From assembly GCA_045562345.1 (NCBI GenBank), contig JBJKVZ010000026.1:23820-87819 (forward strand): a stretch of DNA of 64,000 bases, given 5' to 3'. Below the pieces are notes generated by a model. The model searched no databases and was not told the origin of the DNA. It was given only the letters and a program-made list of their open reading frames with translations. The number at the start of each line of letters is the position of its first letter. The stretch's first letter is position 1. The translations under genes were made by a program, and so were the position numbers. This DNA is from Flavobacteriaceae bacterium. Its GTDB lineage: Bacteria; Bacteroidota; Bacteroidia; Flavobacteriales; Flavobacteriaceae. Below are positions 51,086 to 61,824 of this stretch, in pieces.

Positions 51086-52128
51086 TGAAAATCGGTATAG
51101 TAATATTAAACTGGAATGGATTAGATCTTTTAAAAAAATTTTTACCCAGTGTAAACAATAACTCAAAAGGTCATCAAATATATATTGTTGATAATAATTC
51201 ATCTGATAAATCTATTGATTTTATTAAAAAAAATTTTATAGATATTAAAATCATTCACAATAAAGAAAATTTTGGATTTGCAAAAGGCTACAATGAAGGA
51301 TTAAAAAAAATAAATGAAAAAATTATTTGTTTATTAAATAATGATGTCGAGGTTACAAATGGTTGGCTTAATCCAGTTCTAAATGAATTTAAAACAAACA
51401 GTGAAACAGCAGTTGTTCAGCCCAAAATTTTAGATTATAAAAATAAAAATATGTTTGAATATGCTGGTGCAGCTGGTGGTTTCATTGACTACTATGGCTA
51501 CCCTTATTGCAGAGGAAGAATATTTGACGAGATTGAAAAAGACAATGGTCAGTATGATGATAATATTGAAATTTTTTGGGCTTCAGGAGCTTGTTTTTTT
51601 ATAAGAAAATCTGTATTTGATGAACTCGGTGGATTTGATGAGAATTTTTTCAATCATATGGAAGAAATAGATTTATGCTGGAGAATTGAAAATTTGCAAA
51701 AAGGTTACAAGAAAAAATTTATATATAAAAGCAAGGTTTATCATTTGGGAGGAGGGTCTTTAGGTTACAGTGATCCAAAAAAACTTTTTTATAATGTAAG
51801 AAATCATAAATGGATGTTGATAAAAAACACAAATGAAAGTTATGTTTTTAATTTTAATCTATTTTCGGTTTTTAATATAATTCATTGGATTAATTTATTA
51901 TTTGTAATAAATAATTTGTTGAATCTTAAATTTTTTCATTCTATTGAAATAATCAAAGGTTATTTTTCGGTCTGGGGTTTCAAAGATGGAGTGAAGATTA
52001 ATATGGACCAGAATTATTACTTATTAAGATCAGACAATAAAAAACCTAAGTACTACGTTATATATTCAATTATATACAACTATTTAATTCTAAGAAAAAG
52101 AAAGTTTTCGGATTTAAATAATAGTTAA
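51085..52128 (+). CDS. family 2 glycosyltransferase
   Basis: 347 aa with IVILNWNG, VDNNSSD and NNDVEV (DxD-type) motifs. Its start overlaps the preceding stop (TAATG). Confidence 0.88.
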   Translation: MKIGIVILNWNGLDLLKKFLPSVNNNSKGHQIYIVDNNSSDKSIDFIKKNFIDIKIIHNKENFGFAKGYNEGLKKINEKIICLLNNDVEVTNGWLNPVLNEFKTNSETAVVQPKILDYKNKNMFEYAGAAGGFIDYYGYPYCRGRIFDEIEKDNGQYDDNIEIFWASGACFFIRKSVFDELGGFDENFFNHMEEIDLCWRIENLQKGYKKKFIYKSKVYHLGGGSLGYSDPKKLFYNVRNHKWMLIKNTNESYVFNFNLFSVFNIIHWINLLFVINNLLNLKFFHSIEIIKGYFSVWGFKDGVKINMDQNYYLLRSDNKKPKYYVIYSIIYNYLILRKRKFSDLNNS

Positions 52129-52156
52129 TTAATATCTTAGCTTGTATATATTTTAC

Positions 52157-52164
52157 TAAATTTG
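52157..52164 (+). promoter_or_regulatory. Bacteroidota-type -7 box TAAATTTG
   Basis: Exact TAnnTTTG match 18 nt upstream of the ATG at 52183. It overlaps the TTG used as the ORF-track start, which argues for 52183 as the real start. Confidence 0.3.
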
Positions 52165-52182
52165 AAAATTAAAATTATAAAT

Positions 52183-53040
52183 ATGAAAAAATACTTTTTA
52201 CTGATACTTACTGTATCAATTTTAATTCCTTCATGTGTTTCTCAAAAAAAATATGCTGCACTTGAAGCTGTAAATCAACAAAGTAAAGATTTGTTAAATA
52301 CTGCCACTGTAAAATTAAATACTTGTATTGATGAAAAAGCAGTTGCCGAAGCTGAGGTTAAGTCTTTAAAAGAACAAGTAACTTTTTTAAGTAATAATAA
52401 TCAAGATCTAATCAATACCATGGGTAATCTTACAACTCTTTCACAAAAGGGAGCTGAGAATTTAGAAAAATCCCTTGAAAGTATGAAAGAAAAAGATTTG
52501 ACTATTAATACAATGAGAGATGCGGTAACCAGAAGAGATTCTGTTACACTTGCTTTAGTTACTAGTTTAAAAGGCACTTTTATTGATATAAATGATAAAG
52601 ATATCGAAGTGAATGTTGAAAAAGGGGTAGTTTTTATCTCAATTTCAGACAAACTTCTATTTAATAGTGGAAGCTATGTTGTTTCTGAAAGAGCTAAAGA
52701 TGTATTAGGTAAAGTTGCTAAAGTAGTTAATGACAAACCTGAAATTGAATTTTTAGTTGAAGGTCATACCGATGATAAATCTATTCAGAATGAAGTTTTA
52801 CTTGACAACTGGGATTTAAGTGTAAAAAGAGCTACATCAGTTGTAAGAGTTTTACAAAATGATTTTGGTGTAGAGCCAAAAAGAATGACTGCTGCCGGAA
52901 GAAGTTATTATGTTCCTGTTGCTGATAATGATACAGCTGAAAATAGAGCTAAAAATAGAAGAACAAGAATAGTTGTTTTACCTAAGTTAGATCAATTTTA
53001 TGATTTAATCGAACAAGGTATGAATGCCGCTGGAAATTAA
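52183..53040 (+). CDS. OmpA/MotB-family peptidoglycan-binding lipoprotein with coiled-coil N-terminal half
   Basis: It has the lipoprotein signal MKKYFLLILTVSILIPSC and a C-terminal OmpA domain (GHTDD...NWDLSVKRA...NRRTRIVV). The ORF track starts at the TTG at 52162. Confidence 0.88.
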   Translation: MKKYFLLILTVSILIPSCVSQKKYAALEAVNQQSKDLLNTATVKLNTCIDEKAVAEAEVKSLKEQVTFLSNNNQDLINTMGNLTTLSQKGAENLEKSLESMKEKDLTINTMRDAVTRRDSVTLALVTSLKGTFIDINDKDIEVNVEKGVVFISISDKLLFNSGSYVVSERAKDVLGKVAKVVNDKPEIEFLVEGHTDDKSIQNEVLLDNWDLSVKRATSVVRVLQNDFGVEPKRMTAAGRSYYVPVADNDTAENRAKNRRTRIVVLPKLDQFYDLIEQGMNAAGN

Positions 53041-53053
53041 AATTAATTTCATT

Positions 53054-53086
53054 TAAAAAAACACACCTTAGGGTGTGTTTTTTTTT
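53054..53086 (+). terminator. strong rho-independent (potentially bidirectional) terminator after the OmpA-family gene
   Basis: ACACACC-TTAG-GGTGTGT (53061..53078), flanked by A7 upstream and T8 downstream. Confidence 0.85.
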
Positions 53087-53162
53087 GAAATAAATTGAAA
53101 AAAATTGTTTTTTTTATGATTGAGAAAATTAAATAGTCGAGATTTGCAGACTAATTTAAAAA

Positions 53163-54926
53163 ATGACAGATTTTAAGGCATTAGGAATTCAAGAAAAATT
53201 ACTTAAATCAATAATTGATATTGGATTTGTAACCCCCACTCCTATTCAAACAGAGTCAATTCCATTTCTTTTAAAAACAAAACAAGATTTAATAGCACTT
53301 GCTCAAACTGGTACTGGAAAAACTGCTGCATTTGGATTACCTGTAATTCAACAAGTTGATTTGAATGTTAAGCAAGTACAGTCCATTATTTTGTGTCCAA
53401 CCAGAGAACTATGTATTCAAATAGCAAATGATTTGACAGTATATGCTAAAAATCTAAAATCTATTAAAATAGTACCTGTTTACGGAGGAACAAGTATAGA
53501 AAATCAAATAAAATATATTAAAAAAGGAGCACAGATTATAGTAGGTACACCTGGAAGAACAAAAGATTTAATTAACAGGAAAATTTTGAAATTAGATATA
53601 GTTAACAAAGTTGTATTAGACGAAGCAGATGAGATGTTGAGCATGGGATTCAAAGATGATTTAGATTATATTTTGAGTAGAACTTCTAAGAATAGACAAA
53701 CAATGCTTTTTTCCGCAACAATGTCAAAAGAAGTATTGTCGATTTCAAAAATATACATGAAAGGCGCAAAAGAAATTACAGTGGCTAAAGTCAACTCTGG
53801 GGCTAAAAATGTTGAACACCACATTTATGAAGTAATTTCAAAACATAAATATGAAACTTTAAAAAGAATTTCTGATTTTAATCCAGATATATATGGAATA
53901 GTTTTTTGTAGAACTAGGAGAGAAACTAAAGACATTGCTAAGAAATTTATTAATGATGGATATAATGCAGACGCTATCCATGGAGATCTTTCACAAAACC
54001 AAAGAGATGAAGTAATGAATAGATTTAGAGAAAAATCTTTACAGATGTTAATTGCAACTGATGTAGCTGCTCGAGGTCTAGACGTTGATGATTTAACTCA
54101 CGTTATAAATTATTCACTTCCTGATGACCCAGAAATATATACACATAGAAGTGGAAGAACTGGAAGAGCTGGTAAAAGCGGAATATCTATTGCCATTATT
54201 AATAACAGAGACGGAAGGAAAATAAAATCAATTCAAAATAAAAGTCAAATTAAATTTATTAAAAAAGCAGTTCCCTCTGGAAAGGATATTTGTTCAAAAC
54301 AATTATTTAATCTTATTGATAAGATTGAAAAAGTAAAAGTTGACGAAAAACAAATCGAACCATTTTTAGATGATATTTATAAAAAATTAGAGTGGCTGAA
54401 TAGAGAAGAATTGATAAAACATTTTGTTTCGGCAGAATTTAATAGATTCCTAGATTATTATAAAAATTCAAATGATATTAATAACAAATCAAATAAAAGA
54501 GATAATTCAAGAGTAAAAAAGAAAACTTCTATCAGTACTTCATTTAATAATTTTTCAATAAACATAGGAAGAAAAAATAGTATTTCACCAATTGAGGTTA
54601 TCTCATTAATTAATAAAGTCTTAAAATCAAATGAAATAGAAATTGGTGGAATTGATATTCGAGAATCTTATACAATTTTTGAAATTGATGATTCTTTAAA
54701 CATAGATGTATTAAAAAATAAAAAATTAGATTTTGGTGGTAATTCTATTATAATAAAAAAGACTGATGAAAAAATAGAAAGAAAATTTTTAAAAGGAAGA
54801 AAGAAAAAAAAACATTCTTTAAATAAAAAAAACAGAAATTTTTTCAGAAAAGAAAATATAAAAGCAAATTTAAATATCAAAAGAAAGAATAAAAGAAAGA
54901 ATAAAAGAAAGAATAAAAGATCTTGA
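53163..54926 (+). CDS. DEAD-box ATP-dependent RNA helicase with DbpA-type RNA-binding domain and lysine-rich tail
   Basis: 587 aa with a Q-motif region, AQTGTGKT, DEAD (VLDEADEM), SAT and HRSGRTGRAG. The C-terminal domain is DbpA/RRM-like and the tail reads ...KRKNKRKNKRKNKRS. Confidence 0.93.
   Translation: MTDFKALGIQEKLLKSIIDIGFVTPTPIQTESIPFLLKTKQDLIALAQTGTGKTAAFGLPVIQQVDLNVKQVQSIILCPTRELCIQIANDLTVYAKNLKSIKIVPVYGGTSIENQIKYIKKGAQIIVGTPGRTKDLINRKILKLDIVNKVVLDEADEMLSMGFKDDLDYILSRTSKNRQTMLFSATMSKEVLSISKIYMKGAKEITVAKVNSGAKNVEHHIYEVISKHKYETLKRISDFNPDIYGIVFCRTRRETKDIAKKFINDGYNADAIHGDLSQNQRDEVMNRFREKSLQMLIATDVAARGLDVDDLTHVINYSLPDDPEIYTHRSGRTGRAGKSGISIAIINNRDGRKIKSIQNKSQIKFIKKAVPSGKDICSKQLFNLIDKIEKVKVDEKQIEPFLDDIYKKLEWLNREELIKHFVSAEFNRFLDYYKNSNDINNKSNKRDNSRVKKKTSISTSFNNFSINIGRKNSISPIEVISLINKVLKSNEIEIGGIDIRESYTIFEIDDSLNIDVLKNKKLDFGGNSIIIKKTDEKIERKFLKGRKKKKHSLNKKNRNFFRKENIKANLNIKRKNKRKNKRKNKRS
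54879..54920 (+). repeat. 12-nt tandem repeat (AAAAGAAAGAAT x3 plus a partial unit) encoding (KRKN)n at the helicase C-terminus
   Basis: Direct reading gives three perfect 12-nt units at 54879..54914 and a partial unit at 54915..54920, in frame. Confidence 0.9.
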
Positions 54927-57173
54927 TTATAATAATTTATATTTTGCAAACTTTAATAATATTTTCTTTATTCCACTAGTGTCAAAGTCAACTTCAGCTT
55001 TTTTATCACCACCTAATCCCTCTGTTAAAATAACTTTACCTTTTCCAAATCTATTATGAATTATTACATCTCCTTTATTAATATCAATAAATTGGTTGTT
55101 TTGAATATAATTATTTTTTATTGGTTTAAAATTATTTTTAATTTCTGGTTTTCTAAAACGTAAAATTTTAGAATTTGAATGTTTAATCTCACGAATTTCA
55201 TTTCTTAAAACCCCCTCTTTTAAATATTTTTTATCAATTTCATTTATAAATCTACTAGGCTCACATTCATTTAATTTTCCCCATCTATATCTTGTTATTG
55301 CATGAGTAATTGTAACCTTTTTTTTAGCTCTGGTTATACCGACATAAAAAAGTCTCCTTTCTTCTTCTAAATCTGCTCTGTTTGTTAAACTCATAGCAGA
55401 GGGAAATAAATCTTCTTCTAAACCAACAATATAAACATGATTAAATTCTAATCCTTTAGATAAATGGATTGTCATTAATGATACTTTCTTAATATTATCA
55501 ATATTTTTTTTGTCTAAATCGGAAGCTAAGGCAACGTCTTCAAGAAATTCACTCAATGTGGCGTATGATCCAACCACTTCCTTTTGTCCTTCTACAAAAT
55601 CTTTAATTCCGTTAATTAATTCCTCAATATTTTCAATTCTACTTATGGATTCCTGAGAACCATCAGTCTTTAAAATATTAACTATGTTAAGTCTATTTAC
55701 AACTTCTTTTGCAATATCAAATGCATTTTTATTTTCATTTAATAGTTGAAAGTTTTTTATTAGTACAAAAAAATCATGAAGTTTATTTTTTGTGCCTAAA
55801 TTTAAATTAATTGGAATCGTATTTATTGATTTAATGGTGTCAAAAAGAGTAATTTGATTTTCATTACTATATATTAGTAATTTTTCAACAGTACTTTGTC
55901 CAATCCCTCTTAAAGGATAGTTAATTATTCTTTTAATACTTTCTTCATCTGACGGATTAACAATTACTCTTAGATAAGCTAAGACATCTTTGATTTCTTT
56001 TCTTTGATAAAAGGATAGTCCTCCATAAACTTGATAAGGAATGTTTTTTCTTCTTAAAGCATCCTCTATTGATCTAGATTGAGCATTCGTTCTATACAAA
56101 ACAGCGAAAGAATCATTATTTAATTGAAAGTTATTTTTATTTTCAAAAATAGATGAGGCAACAAACCTGCCCTCTTCTGAATCATTTATTAATTGATTTA
56201 CGTGTATTTTTTCTCCACTTTCATTATTTGTCCATACTTTTTTATCAAGTTTATTTAAGTTTTTATTAATAATAGAATTTGCTGCATTTACTATATTTTT
56301 GGTAGAACGATAATTTTGCTCTAACCTGTAAACTGATGCATTTTCATAATCCTTTCTAAAACTTAATATATTTTCTATGTTTGCTCCTCTAAAGCTATAT
56401 ATGCTTTGAGCATCATCTCCTACAACACAAAGATTTTCATTTTTATCTGCTAAGGCTTTTACAATTAAATACTGAGAATGATTTGTGTCTTGATATTCAT
56501 CAACATGAATGTATTTAAATCTATTTTGATATTTATTTAAGATCTCAGGAAACTTATTGAAGAGTTCATTTGTTTTTAATAGTAAATCATCGAAATCCAT
56601 TGCTGATGATTTAAAACATCTTTCAACATAATTTTGATATATCTTTCCAAATAGAGGTCTTCTTGATTCATTATCATATTGAACTAGCTCTGAATTATTT
56701 AAGTATGCATTTACTGTTATTAAATTATTTTTCAAGGAAGATATTCTGTTTCTTATTGTTTTGAATTTATATAAGTCTTTATCTAGTTTTAACTCTTTTA
56801 TTATTGATGATATTAATCTATCTGAATCTTGAGTGTCATAAATTGTAAAGTTTGAGATATATCCTAAATAATTTGATTCTAATCTTAAAATCCTTGCAAA
56901 AATCGAATGAAAAGTTCCCATCCATATACTTTTTGAGTCAGAAACTCCTACAATATCAGAAATTCTAGATTTCATTTCCCTAGCGGCTTTATTGGTAAAT
57001 GTTAAGGCTAAAATTGAAAATGGATCTACACCCATTTCAATTAAATAAGCTATTCTGTAGGTAAGCACCCTTGTTTTTCCTGATCCTGCACCAGCAATTA
57101 CCATTATAGGTCCATTTTTATGAACTGTTGGTAATTTTTGAGATTCGTTTAATTGAGATAAATAATCTTCCAA
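54927..57173 (-). CDS. UvrD/PcrA/Rep-family ATP-dependent DNA helicase
   Basis: 748 aa with Walker A AGAGSGKTRV, VDEYQDTN, TIHLSKGLEF and VGITRAKK motifs. Its stop abuts the DEAD helicase stop with 0 nt between them. Confidence 0.93.
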   Translation of the reverse strand: MEDYLSQLNESQKLPTVHKNGPIMVIAGAGSGKTRVLTYRIAYLIEMGVDPFSILALTFTNKAAREMKSRISDIVGVSDSKSIWMGTFHSIFARILRLESNYLGYISNFTIYDTQDSDRLISSIIKELKLDKDLYKFKTIRNRISSLKNNLITVNAYLNNSELVQYDNESRRPLFGKIYQNYVERCFKSSAMDFDDLLLKTNELFNKFPEILNKYQNRFKYIHVDEYQDTNHSQYLIVKALADKNENLCVVGDDAQSIYSFRGANIENILSFRKDYENASVYRLEQNYRSTKNIVNAANSIINKNLNKLDKKVWTNNESGEKIHVNQLINDSEEGRFVASSIFENKNNFQLNNDSFAVLYRTNAQSRSIEDALRRKNIPYQVYGGLSFYQRKEIKDVLAYLRVIVNPSDEESIKRIINYPLRGIGQSTVEKLLIYSNENQITLFDTIKSINTIPINLNLGTKNKLHDFFVLIKNFQLLNENKNAFDIAKEVVNRLNIVNILKTDGSQESISRIENIEELINGIKDFVEGQKEVVGSYATLSEFLEDVALASDLDKKNIDNIKKVSLMTIHLSKGLEFNHVYIVGLEEDLFPSAMSLTNRADLEEERRLFYVGITRAKKKVTITHAITRYRWGKLNECEPSRFINEIDKKYLKEGVLRNEIREIKHSNSKILRFRKPEIKNNFKPIKNNYIQNNQFIDINKGDVIIHNRFGKGKVILTEGLGGDKKAEVDFDTSGIKKILLKFAKYKLL

Positions 57174-57203
57174 TTAAAATAATTTAATTAGTGTTTTTTT
57201 GGA

Positions 57204-59348
57204 ATGTTTTATCTTATAAAGTTAATAAATTATATTAGTGTTGTGAAAGAAAATTACTTAATGACTCCAATAGATTATTTAAAAGGTGTTGGACCTAATA
57301 GAGCAGATTTATTGAAATCCGAATTAAAAATTCGAACATTTAATGATCTCTTATTTTTTTTTCCATTCAGATATATTGATAAAACAAAATTTTATAAGAT
57401 TTCTGAACTAAAAAACACCAATTCTTATGTGCAAATTATAGGAAAATTTACAGAAATTAAATATTCTAATAATTCAAAATCAGCAAGACTTATTGGAATT
57501 TTTTCAGATTTAAATAATGAAATTGAAATCATTTGGTTTAAAGGAGTTAAATGGGTAGAAAAATCTTTAAAACTGAATACTGATTACGTATTATATGGAA
57601 AATTAAATTTTTTTAAAAATAAGATTTCAATTATTCATCCTGAACTTGAACTTTTTGATTGTAAAAAAAAAATAATTAAAAATTCTTTGACACCTATTTA
57701 CAGCTCAACTGAATCTCTTAATTCTAGAGGAATTAATAACAAGTTATTAAAAGAACTAATCTCCAATATTTTTATAAACTCTAAAAGAAAGTTTGAAGAG
57801 AATTTAAGTAGAAAAATTAATGAGAGACATAAATTAATTTCAAAATATGATGCATTAATAAACATACATTTTCCAGAAAATCAACTAAAATTAAATAAAG
57901 CTCAATTTAGATTAAAATATGAAGAGTTTTTCTTTATTCAGTTAAAATTCTTAATTAAGAATAAAGAAAATAAAACAAGATTCAAAGGTTTTAGGTTTTC
58001 AAAAATTGGTAACTACTTTAATGAATTTTATAACAATATTCTAAAATTTGAATTGACTACAGCACAAAAAAAGGTTATTAAAGAAATTAGAAAAGATTTT
58101 TCTAGTAATTCTCAAATGAACAGACTACTTCAAGGGGATGTAGGATCAGGAAAAACAATTGTTGCTATATTATCTTGTTTAATAGCAATTGATAATAATT
58201 ATCAAAGCTGTATTGTTGCTCCAACTGAAATCTTAGCTCAACAACATTACAATAGTATACATAATTTATTAAAACATCTTGGTTTACATGTAAATTTACT
58301 TACTGGTTCTACAACCAAAAGGGAAAGAGAAATTATTTTTCATGATTTAAAAAATGGCAATATTGCAATTTTAATTGGAACCCATGCATTATTTGAAGAC
58401 AAAGTGATTTTTAAAAACTTAGGTTTAGCAATAATTGACGAACAACACAAGTTTGGAGTTGCTCAAAGATCTAAATTATGGTCAAAAAACACTTCCCCTC
58501 CCCATATTCTTGTAATGACTGCTACCCCTATCCCCAGAACTCTTGCAATGAGTGTTTATGGTAATTTGGATATATCTATTATAGATGAATTGCCACCTGG
58601 AAGAAAACCTATTAAAACCGTTCACAGGTACGATAAAAACAGATTAAAAGTTTTTAAATTTATGAAAGATGAGATTAAAGCAGGTCATCAAATATATATA
58701 GTATATCCTTTAATTGAAGAATCAAAAAAAATGGATTATAAATATTTGATGGATGGTTATGAAAGTGTCGTCAGAGAATTTCCCTTATCTAATTACCAAA
58801 TAAGTGTTCTTCACGGAAAAATGAAACCAAAAGATAAAGATTTTGAAATGAATAGATTCAAAAATGGTAAAACTCAAATTATGATTTCAACTACCGTAAT
58901 TGAGGTTGGTGTAAATATTCCAAATGCCTCTGTTATGATAATTGAAAGTGCTGAAAGGTTTGGTTTGTCACAATTACATCAATTAAGAGGAAGAGTTGGA
59001 AGAGGTACAGAAGTAAGTTATTGTATTTTGATGACAAAAGATAAGATTAGTAATGATGCTAAAACTAGAATTAAAACGATGACAGAAACTAATAATGGAT
59101 TTAAAATTGCTGAAGTTGATATGAATTTAAGAGGTCCCGGAAATATTCTTGGAACTCAACAAAGTGGACTATTAAATTTTAAAATTGCTGATATTATTAT
59201 TGATAGTGAAATTCTAGAGAAAGCAAGAGAGGATGCAAAAGAGATTATTAATAATGATCCTAGACTAATTAAAATAGATAATCAGCCTATTAAAAAAGAA
59301 TTACAAAGAATAAATCCAAGTGAAAATATATGGAAACATATTAGTTAA
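57204..59348 (+). CDS. recG: ATP-dependent DNA helicase RecG (likely true start ATG 57261)
   Basis: It has the wedge-domain N-terminus TPIDYLKGVGPNRA and the helicase motifs GDVGSGKT, DEQHKFGV and QLHQLRGRVGRG. Confidence 0.95.
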   Translation: MFYLIKLINYISVVKENYLMTPIDYLKGVGPNRADLLKSELKIRTFNDLLFFFPFRYIDKTKFYKISELKNTNSYVQIIGKFTEIKYSNNSKSARLIGIFSDLNNEIEIIWFKGVKWVEKSLKLNTDYVLYGKLNFFKNKISIIHPELELFDCKKKIIKNSLTPIYSSTESLNSRGINNKLLKELISNIFINSKRKFEENLSRKINERHKLISKYDALINIHFPENQLKLNKAQFRLKYEEFFFIQLKFLIKNKENKTRFKGFRFSKIGNYFNEFYNNILKFELTTAQKKVIKEIRKDFSSNSQMNRLLQGDVGSGKTIVAILSCLIAIDNNYQSCIVAPTEILAQQHYNSIHNLLKHLGLHVNLLTGSTTKREREIIFHDLKNGNIAILIGTHALFEDKVIFKNLGLAIIDEQHKFGVAQRSKLWSKNTSPPHILVMTATPIPRTLAMSVYGNLDISIIDELPPGRKPIKTVHRYDKNRLKVFKFMKDEIKAGHQIYIVYPLIEESKKMDYKYLMDGYESVVREFPLSNYQISVLHGKMKPKDKDFEMNRFKNGKTQIMISTTVIEVGVNIPNASVMIIESAERFGLSQLHQLRGRVGRGTEVSYCILMTKDKISNDAKTRIKTMTETNNGFKIAEVDMNLRGPGNILGTQQSGLLNFKIADIIIDSEILEKAREDAKEIINNDPRLIKIDNQPIKKELQRINPSENIWKHIS

Positions 59349-59415
59349 TATATTGTTCATTATTTATTAAAAATTAATTCTTCATAATTGTATATTTACA
59401 ATCAATAATCATAAA

Positions 59416-61821
59416 ATGAATATTTCATTAAACTGGCTTAAAGATTTTGTCAAAATAGATCTTAATGCTGAACAAGTTTCAGAGATTTTAACTGACATTG
59501 GTCTAGAAGTCGAGGGTTTAAAAATTTATCAAGAATACAAAGGTGGTTTGAAAGGATTGGTTATAGGAAAAGTAAAATCCTGTATTAAACATCCAAACGC
59601 AGATAAACTTAAATTAACAAAGGTTGATATTGGTGAAAAAGAGTTCCTTCAAATTATTTGTGGAGCTCCAAATATTGCAAATAATCAAACAGTCGTTGTT
59701 GCAAAAGTTGGCACAAAACTATATCAAGATAATAAGGAATTTATAATTAATAAAACAAAAATAAGAGGAGAGATCAGTGAAGGTATGATTTGTTCTGAAT
59801 TAGAAATTGGTTTAGGTGAATCTCATGAGGGAATCATGGTTCTTAATGAAAAATTTAAGCCTGGAAAAAAATTATCAAAAATTTATAATTCTAATGATGA
59901 TACTATTTTTGAAATCGGTTTAACCCCAAATCGATCTGATGCTATAAGTCATTTTGGTGTTGCCAGAGATTTAAGGGCTGCCTTAATGCATAGAGGAATT
60001 AAAACAGAATTAATAACTCCATTAATTTCTTCTTTTTATGTTAACTCAAGGACAAGAAAAATAAATGTTAAAGTTGAAGATTATAATTTATGTCCTAGAT
60101 TTTCCGGAATATGTATTGAAAATATAAAAATTGACAAATCCCCAGATTGGCTACAAACGAGACTAAAATCAATTGGACTATCTCCTATAAATAATGTTGT
60201 TGATGTTACTAATTATGTTTTACACGAATTAGGACAACCGCTTCATGCTTATGATCTGGATACCATAAAAACCGATCAAATTTCTGTTAAAACTTTAAAA
60301 AAGAATTTATCATTTACAACATTAGATGGTTTAAACAGAACTCTGAATAAAAATGATTTGATGATTTGTGATTCAGAAAGTCCAATGTGTATTGCTGGAG
60401 TATATGGTGGAGATACTCATGGTGTTTCTGAAAAAACTAATTCAATTTTTTTAGAGAGTGCTTTTTTTAATCCTATCTCTATCAGAAAGACTTCCAAAAG
60501 TCATTCAATTAATAGTGATGCTTCTTATAGATTTGAAAGAGGAATTGATATTGAAATGGTCGATTATGCATTAAAACGTGCAGCCATTCTAATTTGTGAA
60601 ATTAGTGGAGGTTCTGTTTGTAGTGAATTGATTGACGAGTATCCAAAAAAAATTGAAAAAAAATCAATTTTATTAAATTTTCAAAAAACAAATGACTTGA
60701 TTGGTCAACATATTCCTCGTGAGCAAATTAAATCAATTTTAACCTCATTAGATTTTGAAATTAACAATATCACTGAAACAGGTATTGGAATATCAGCACC
60801 AACATATCGACACGATATTTCCAGAGAATGTGATGTAGTTGAAGAGATTTTGCGGATTTATGGTTTTAATCAGATAAAACTTTCAGATAAACTTTCTATA
60901 TCAATCACTCATGATGAAAAAATAAACAGTTTTGAAATTGAAAACCATATTTCTAAATACTTGATTTCTTTAGGATTTAATGAGATAATGAATAATTCAT
61001 TAACTAGTAATAATTCAAACTTTTTTAATAGAAAAAGTATTAAAATTATTAATTCTATTAGTTCAGATATTTCAGAACTTAGAACCAATTTAATAGAATG
61101 CACATTAAATACATTAAGATATAATATAAATAGAAAAAATTTTGATAATAAATTTTTTGAATTTGGTAAAATTTATGAATCAAAAAATAAAAAAGAAACA
61201 AATAAATTAGGTTTGTTATGTTCAGGAAATATTATTTCTGGATCCTGGAATAATACTGAATTAAATCTTGATTTTTTTAATTTTAAAAATATCCTAACCA
61301 ACATTCTCTTTAAGTTTGATATTGTGTGTGAAGAAAATATAACAGAATTTGATATTTTTGAGAAATCATTAGAATTGTCATTTTTAGGAAAAAAAATTGC
61401 AATAATTGGAAAATTATCGAACGAAATTCTTAATGATTTTGAAATAAAAAAATCTGTTTTTTATGGTTCAATCGATATAGATTACTTGTTGACTTTAATT
61501 GAAAAAACCTTTAAAAGATATCAACCGGTTTCAAAATTCCCAACTGTAAATAGGGATTTAGCCTTTGTTTTTGATAAAAACCAAACCTATTCAGAAATTA
61601 AAAATCTGATTAAAAATTTAAATATTAAAAATTTAAAAGCTATGGAATTGTTTGATGTATATGAAGGAAGAAAAATTCCTAAGAATAAAAAGTCCTATGG
61701 CATAAATTTTGCTATTTCAAATAATGAAAAAACATTGACGGAAAAAGAAATTAACTCTACTATGAATAAAATTCAAAAAAAAATTCAGTCAAAATTTAAT
61801 GCAACCCTTAGAGACAATTAA
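59416..61821 (+). CDS. pheT: phenylalanine--tRNA ligase beta subunit
   Basis: 801 aa. It opens with MNISLNWLKDF, followed by a tRNA-binding OB domain, B3/4 and B5 domains and a C-terminal FDX-ACB domain (RDLAFVF...). Confidence 0.95.
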   Translation: MNISLNWLKDFVKIDLNAEQVSEILTDIGLEVEGLKIYQEYKGGLKGLVIGKVKSCIKHPNADKLKLTKVDIGEKEFLQIICGAPNIANNQTVVVAKVGTKLYQDNKEFIINKTKIRGEISEGMICSELEIGLGESHEGIMVLNEKFKPGKKLSKIYNSNDDTIFEIGLTPNRSDAISHFGVARDLRAALMHRGIKTELITPLISSFYVNSRTRKINVKVEDYNLCPRFSGICIENIKIDKSPDWLQTRLKSIGLSPINNVVDVTNYVLHELGQPLHAYDLDTIKTDQISVKTLKKNLSFTTLDGLNRTLNKNDLMICDSESPMCIAGVYGGDTHGVSEKTNSIFLESAFFNPISIRKTSKSHSINSDASYRFERGIDIEMVDYALKRAAILICEISGGSVCSELIDEYPKKIEKKSILLNFQKTNDLIGQHIPREQIKSILTSLDFEINNITETGIGISAPTYRHDISRECDVVEEILRIYGFNQIKLSDKLSISITHDEKINSFEIENHISKYLISLGFNEIMNNSLTSNNSNFFNRKSIKIINSISSDISELRTNLIECTLNTLRYNINRKNFDNKFFEFGKIYESKNKKETNKLGLLCSGNIISGSWNNTELNLDFFNFKNILTNILFKFDIVCEENITEFDIFEKSLELSFLGKKIAIIGKLSNEILNDFEIKKSVFYGSIDIDYLLTLIEKTFKRYQPVSKFPTVNRDLAFVFDKNQTYSEIKNLIKNLNIKNLKAMELFDVYEGRKIPKNKKSYGINFAISNNEKTLTEKEINSTMNKIQKKIQSKFNATLRDN

Positions 61822-61824
61822 ATA

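Noticed and set aside
54668-54949. 93-aa minus-strand ORF spanning the DEAD-helicase tail and the UvrD-like stop
   Set aside because: It is the complement of the lysine-rich tail, so it reads as poly-F/L low complexity. It is an artefact of the A-rich repeat region.
53163-59348. Three adjacent helicase genes (DEAD-box, UvrD-like, RecG) as a possible dedicated system
   Set aside because: All three are standard single-copy housekeeping helicases with full canonical motifs. They sit in alternating orientations with no accessory nuclease or unknown partners. The adjacency is most simply coincidence.
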